A stretch of DNA of 6,816 bases. It comes from Erysipelotrichaceae bacterium (lineage in GTDB: Bacteria > Bacillota_I > Bacilli_A > Erysipelotrichales > Coprobacillaceae). Below the pieces are notes generated by a model. That model did not search any database. It worked only from the letters and a program-made list of their open reading frames with translations, and was not told the origin of the DNA. Where the stretch lies: NCBI GenBank assembly GCA_028698185.1, contig JAQVDW010000051.1, positions 1-6,816 on the forward strand. Direction: 5' to 3'. Within the stretch, counting starts at the first letter, position 1. The number at the start of each line of letters is the position of its first letter. Both the position numbers and the translations under genes were made by a program. Positions 6,098 to 6,816 of this stretch are shown piece by piece.

Positions 6098-6689
6098 TCA
6101 AAAACCAAAATCATCTGCAATGGCCGAATTAAATACAGAGGCGATTCGTTGATAACCGATAGTTGTAGGATGAATATCCGGTATACCAGGAAGCACAAAT
6201 TGAATCAGATATTCTTCTGCGTAGGCAAAATAAGGATCAGTTCCATTTATAGCCATTAACGTTGTTACATAAGTAATATTGTTCCCTTCAGAATCAACGG
6301 CATTCTTCGCACCTAAAATGCACGCATTGATAGAGCCGGTTACCGTATTATCAACAATCATAGGCAGTGGATTATAATAACCCATCAAATATATTTGAAC
6401 ATCAGGATTAACAGTCAAAATGTATTGAATGATTTGGGTAAGATTGTTTTGCAACAGCGAACCATTTGCCGGTATGCTTGCAATAATTGTTGCCATTGCA
6501 CTTATAAAACCGGAACTTTCAGGATCAGGAATTAATTGGTTTGCAACACAATAATCAAAATAATCATAGAGCGGCCCTAAAAAATCGTCAGCACCGACTG
6601 TAATAGTCACAATTTCAGCCTTCTTCAGACTAAGTTGCAAGTCCTTGTTGCTGGTTGCTCCAAGCAATTGGGATGAAGTCATCCGAGAG
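6098..6689 (-). pseudogene. 5'-truncated SGNH/GDSL-family hydrolase (lipase/esterase) lacking block I
   Basis: Present are a block II-like LLGATSNKDL, block III TITVGADDF (GxND-type) and block V PDIHPTTIGYQRIA (DxxH), plus a typical NPDVQIYLMGYYNP segment. Absent are a signal peptide and the GDS(L) serine block, which normally lies 50-90 residues upstream. The ORF's ATG (6682) lies 7 nt from a putative IS terminus, and the same frame hits a stop 13 codons upstream. Confidence 0.6.
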
Positions 6690-6716
6690 GGCGCTTCGCT
6701 ATTTAGTGTGGGTAAG
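6690..6716. repeat. Putative terminal inverted repeat of an ISL3-family element
   Basis: GGCGCTTCGCTATTTAGTGTGGGTAAG at 6690-6716 resembles the GGCTCTTCG...TTTAGTGTG-type ends recalled for ISL3-family elements. It lies immediately downstream of the transposase stop codon. The partner IR is outside the window. Confidence 0.4.
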
Positions 6717-6721
6717 CATTT

Positions 6722-6816
6722 TTAGCCCATCTTGGCAACAGACTCGAGCTTAAGCTTTCCACACACCAAATATATCAACGTTTTGAAGTATTCATCGTTA
6801 CGGAACCCTCTTGCCC
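6722..6816 (-). CDS. 3' end (last 30 codons) of an ISL3-family transposase; the gene continues past the right edge
   Basis: The minus-strand frame from 6814 reads ARGFRNDEYFKTLIYLVCGKLKLESVAKMG* with stop at 6724..6722. The G(F/Y)RN.E.FKT.IY..CG.L.L pattern is characteristic of ISL3-family (DDE_Tnp_ISL3) C-termini. Confidence 0.5.
   Translation of the reverse strand, partial: ARGFRNDEYFKTLIYLVCGKLKLESVAKMG

Larger units (their letters stand above)
6690..6816 (-). mobile_element. Right-hand end of an ISL3-family insertion sequence (partial, window-truncated)
   Basis: This call combines the terminal IR candidate (6690-6716) and the transposase C-terminus (6722-6816). Confidence 0.45.

Noticed and set aside
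6059-6259. 66-aa plus-strand ORF overlapping the 3' end of the SGNH fragment
   Set aside because: It is antisense to a frame with clear SGNH motifs, has no SD, and begins inside the hairpin at 6047-6065.
1-6816. CRISPR arrays, tandem repeats, or defence, toxin-antitoxin or retron-type modules
   Set aside because: I found no regularly spaced direct repeats. No ORF shows nuclease, reverse-transcriptase, ATPase or toxin-like motifs. The only repeats seen are the short inverted repeats and the 9-mer duplication reported above.

Overview
The window looks like a low-GC Gram-positive (Firmicutes-like) chromosomal segment, judged from GGAGG-type Shine-Dalgarno sites 6-8 nt before starts, TGnTATAAT extended -10 boxes and an LPXTG-like protein tail. 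It has three parts. (1) Positions 1-2275 hold a divergent promoter region followed by a plus-strand pair: a short, signal-peptide-less neutral/alkaline-ceramidase-fold hydrolase (206-1399) and an RpiR/MurR-type HTH+SIS regulator (best start 1460, ends 2209). The pair ends at an 18-bp perfect inverted repeat that probably acts as a bidirectional terminator. (2) Positions 2474-5068 hold a minus-strand module: an AraC-family regulator (best start 5068) upstream of a 541-aa secreted alpha/beta-hydrolase esterase. The esterase has a signal peptide, a GLSAGG nucleophile elbow, an unassigned C-terminal domain and a proline-less sorting-signal-like tail. (3) Positions 5173-6816 are a mobile-element graveyard. 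The about 1 kb stretch with no long ORF (5132-6097) is best explained, by hand translation, as a frameshifted, internally deleted and 5'-truncated IS3-family (IS150-group) transposase orfB remnant. It is followed by an SGNH/GDSL hydrolase gene that lacks its N-terminal catalytic block. That gene abuts what looks like the terminal inverted repeat and last 30 codons of an ISL3-family transposase running off the right edge. I found no CRISPR array, tRNA or rRNA, no tandem repeat, and no convincing evidence for a novel multi-gene system. The points most worth follow-up are the non-canonical anchor on the esterase, the ceramidase-fold/RpiR pairing, a terminator-bracketed spacer that could encode a small RNA, and the IS-mediated gene decay. 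All family assignments come from motif recognition by eye and need HMM or BLAST confirmation.
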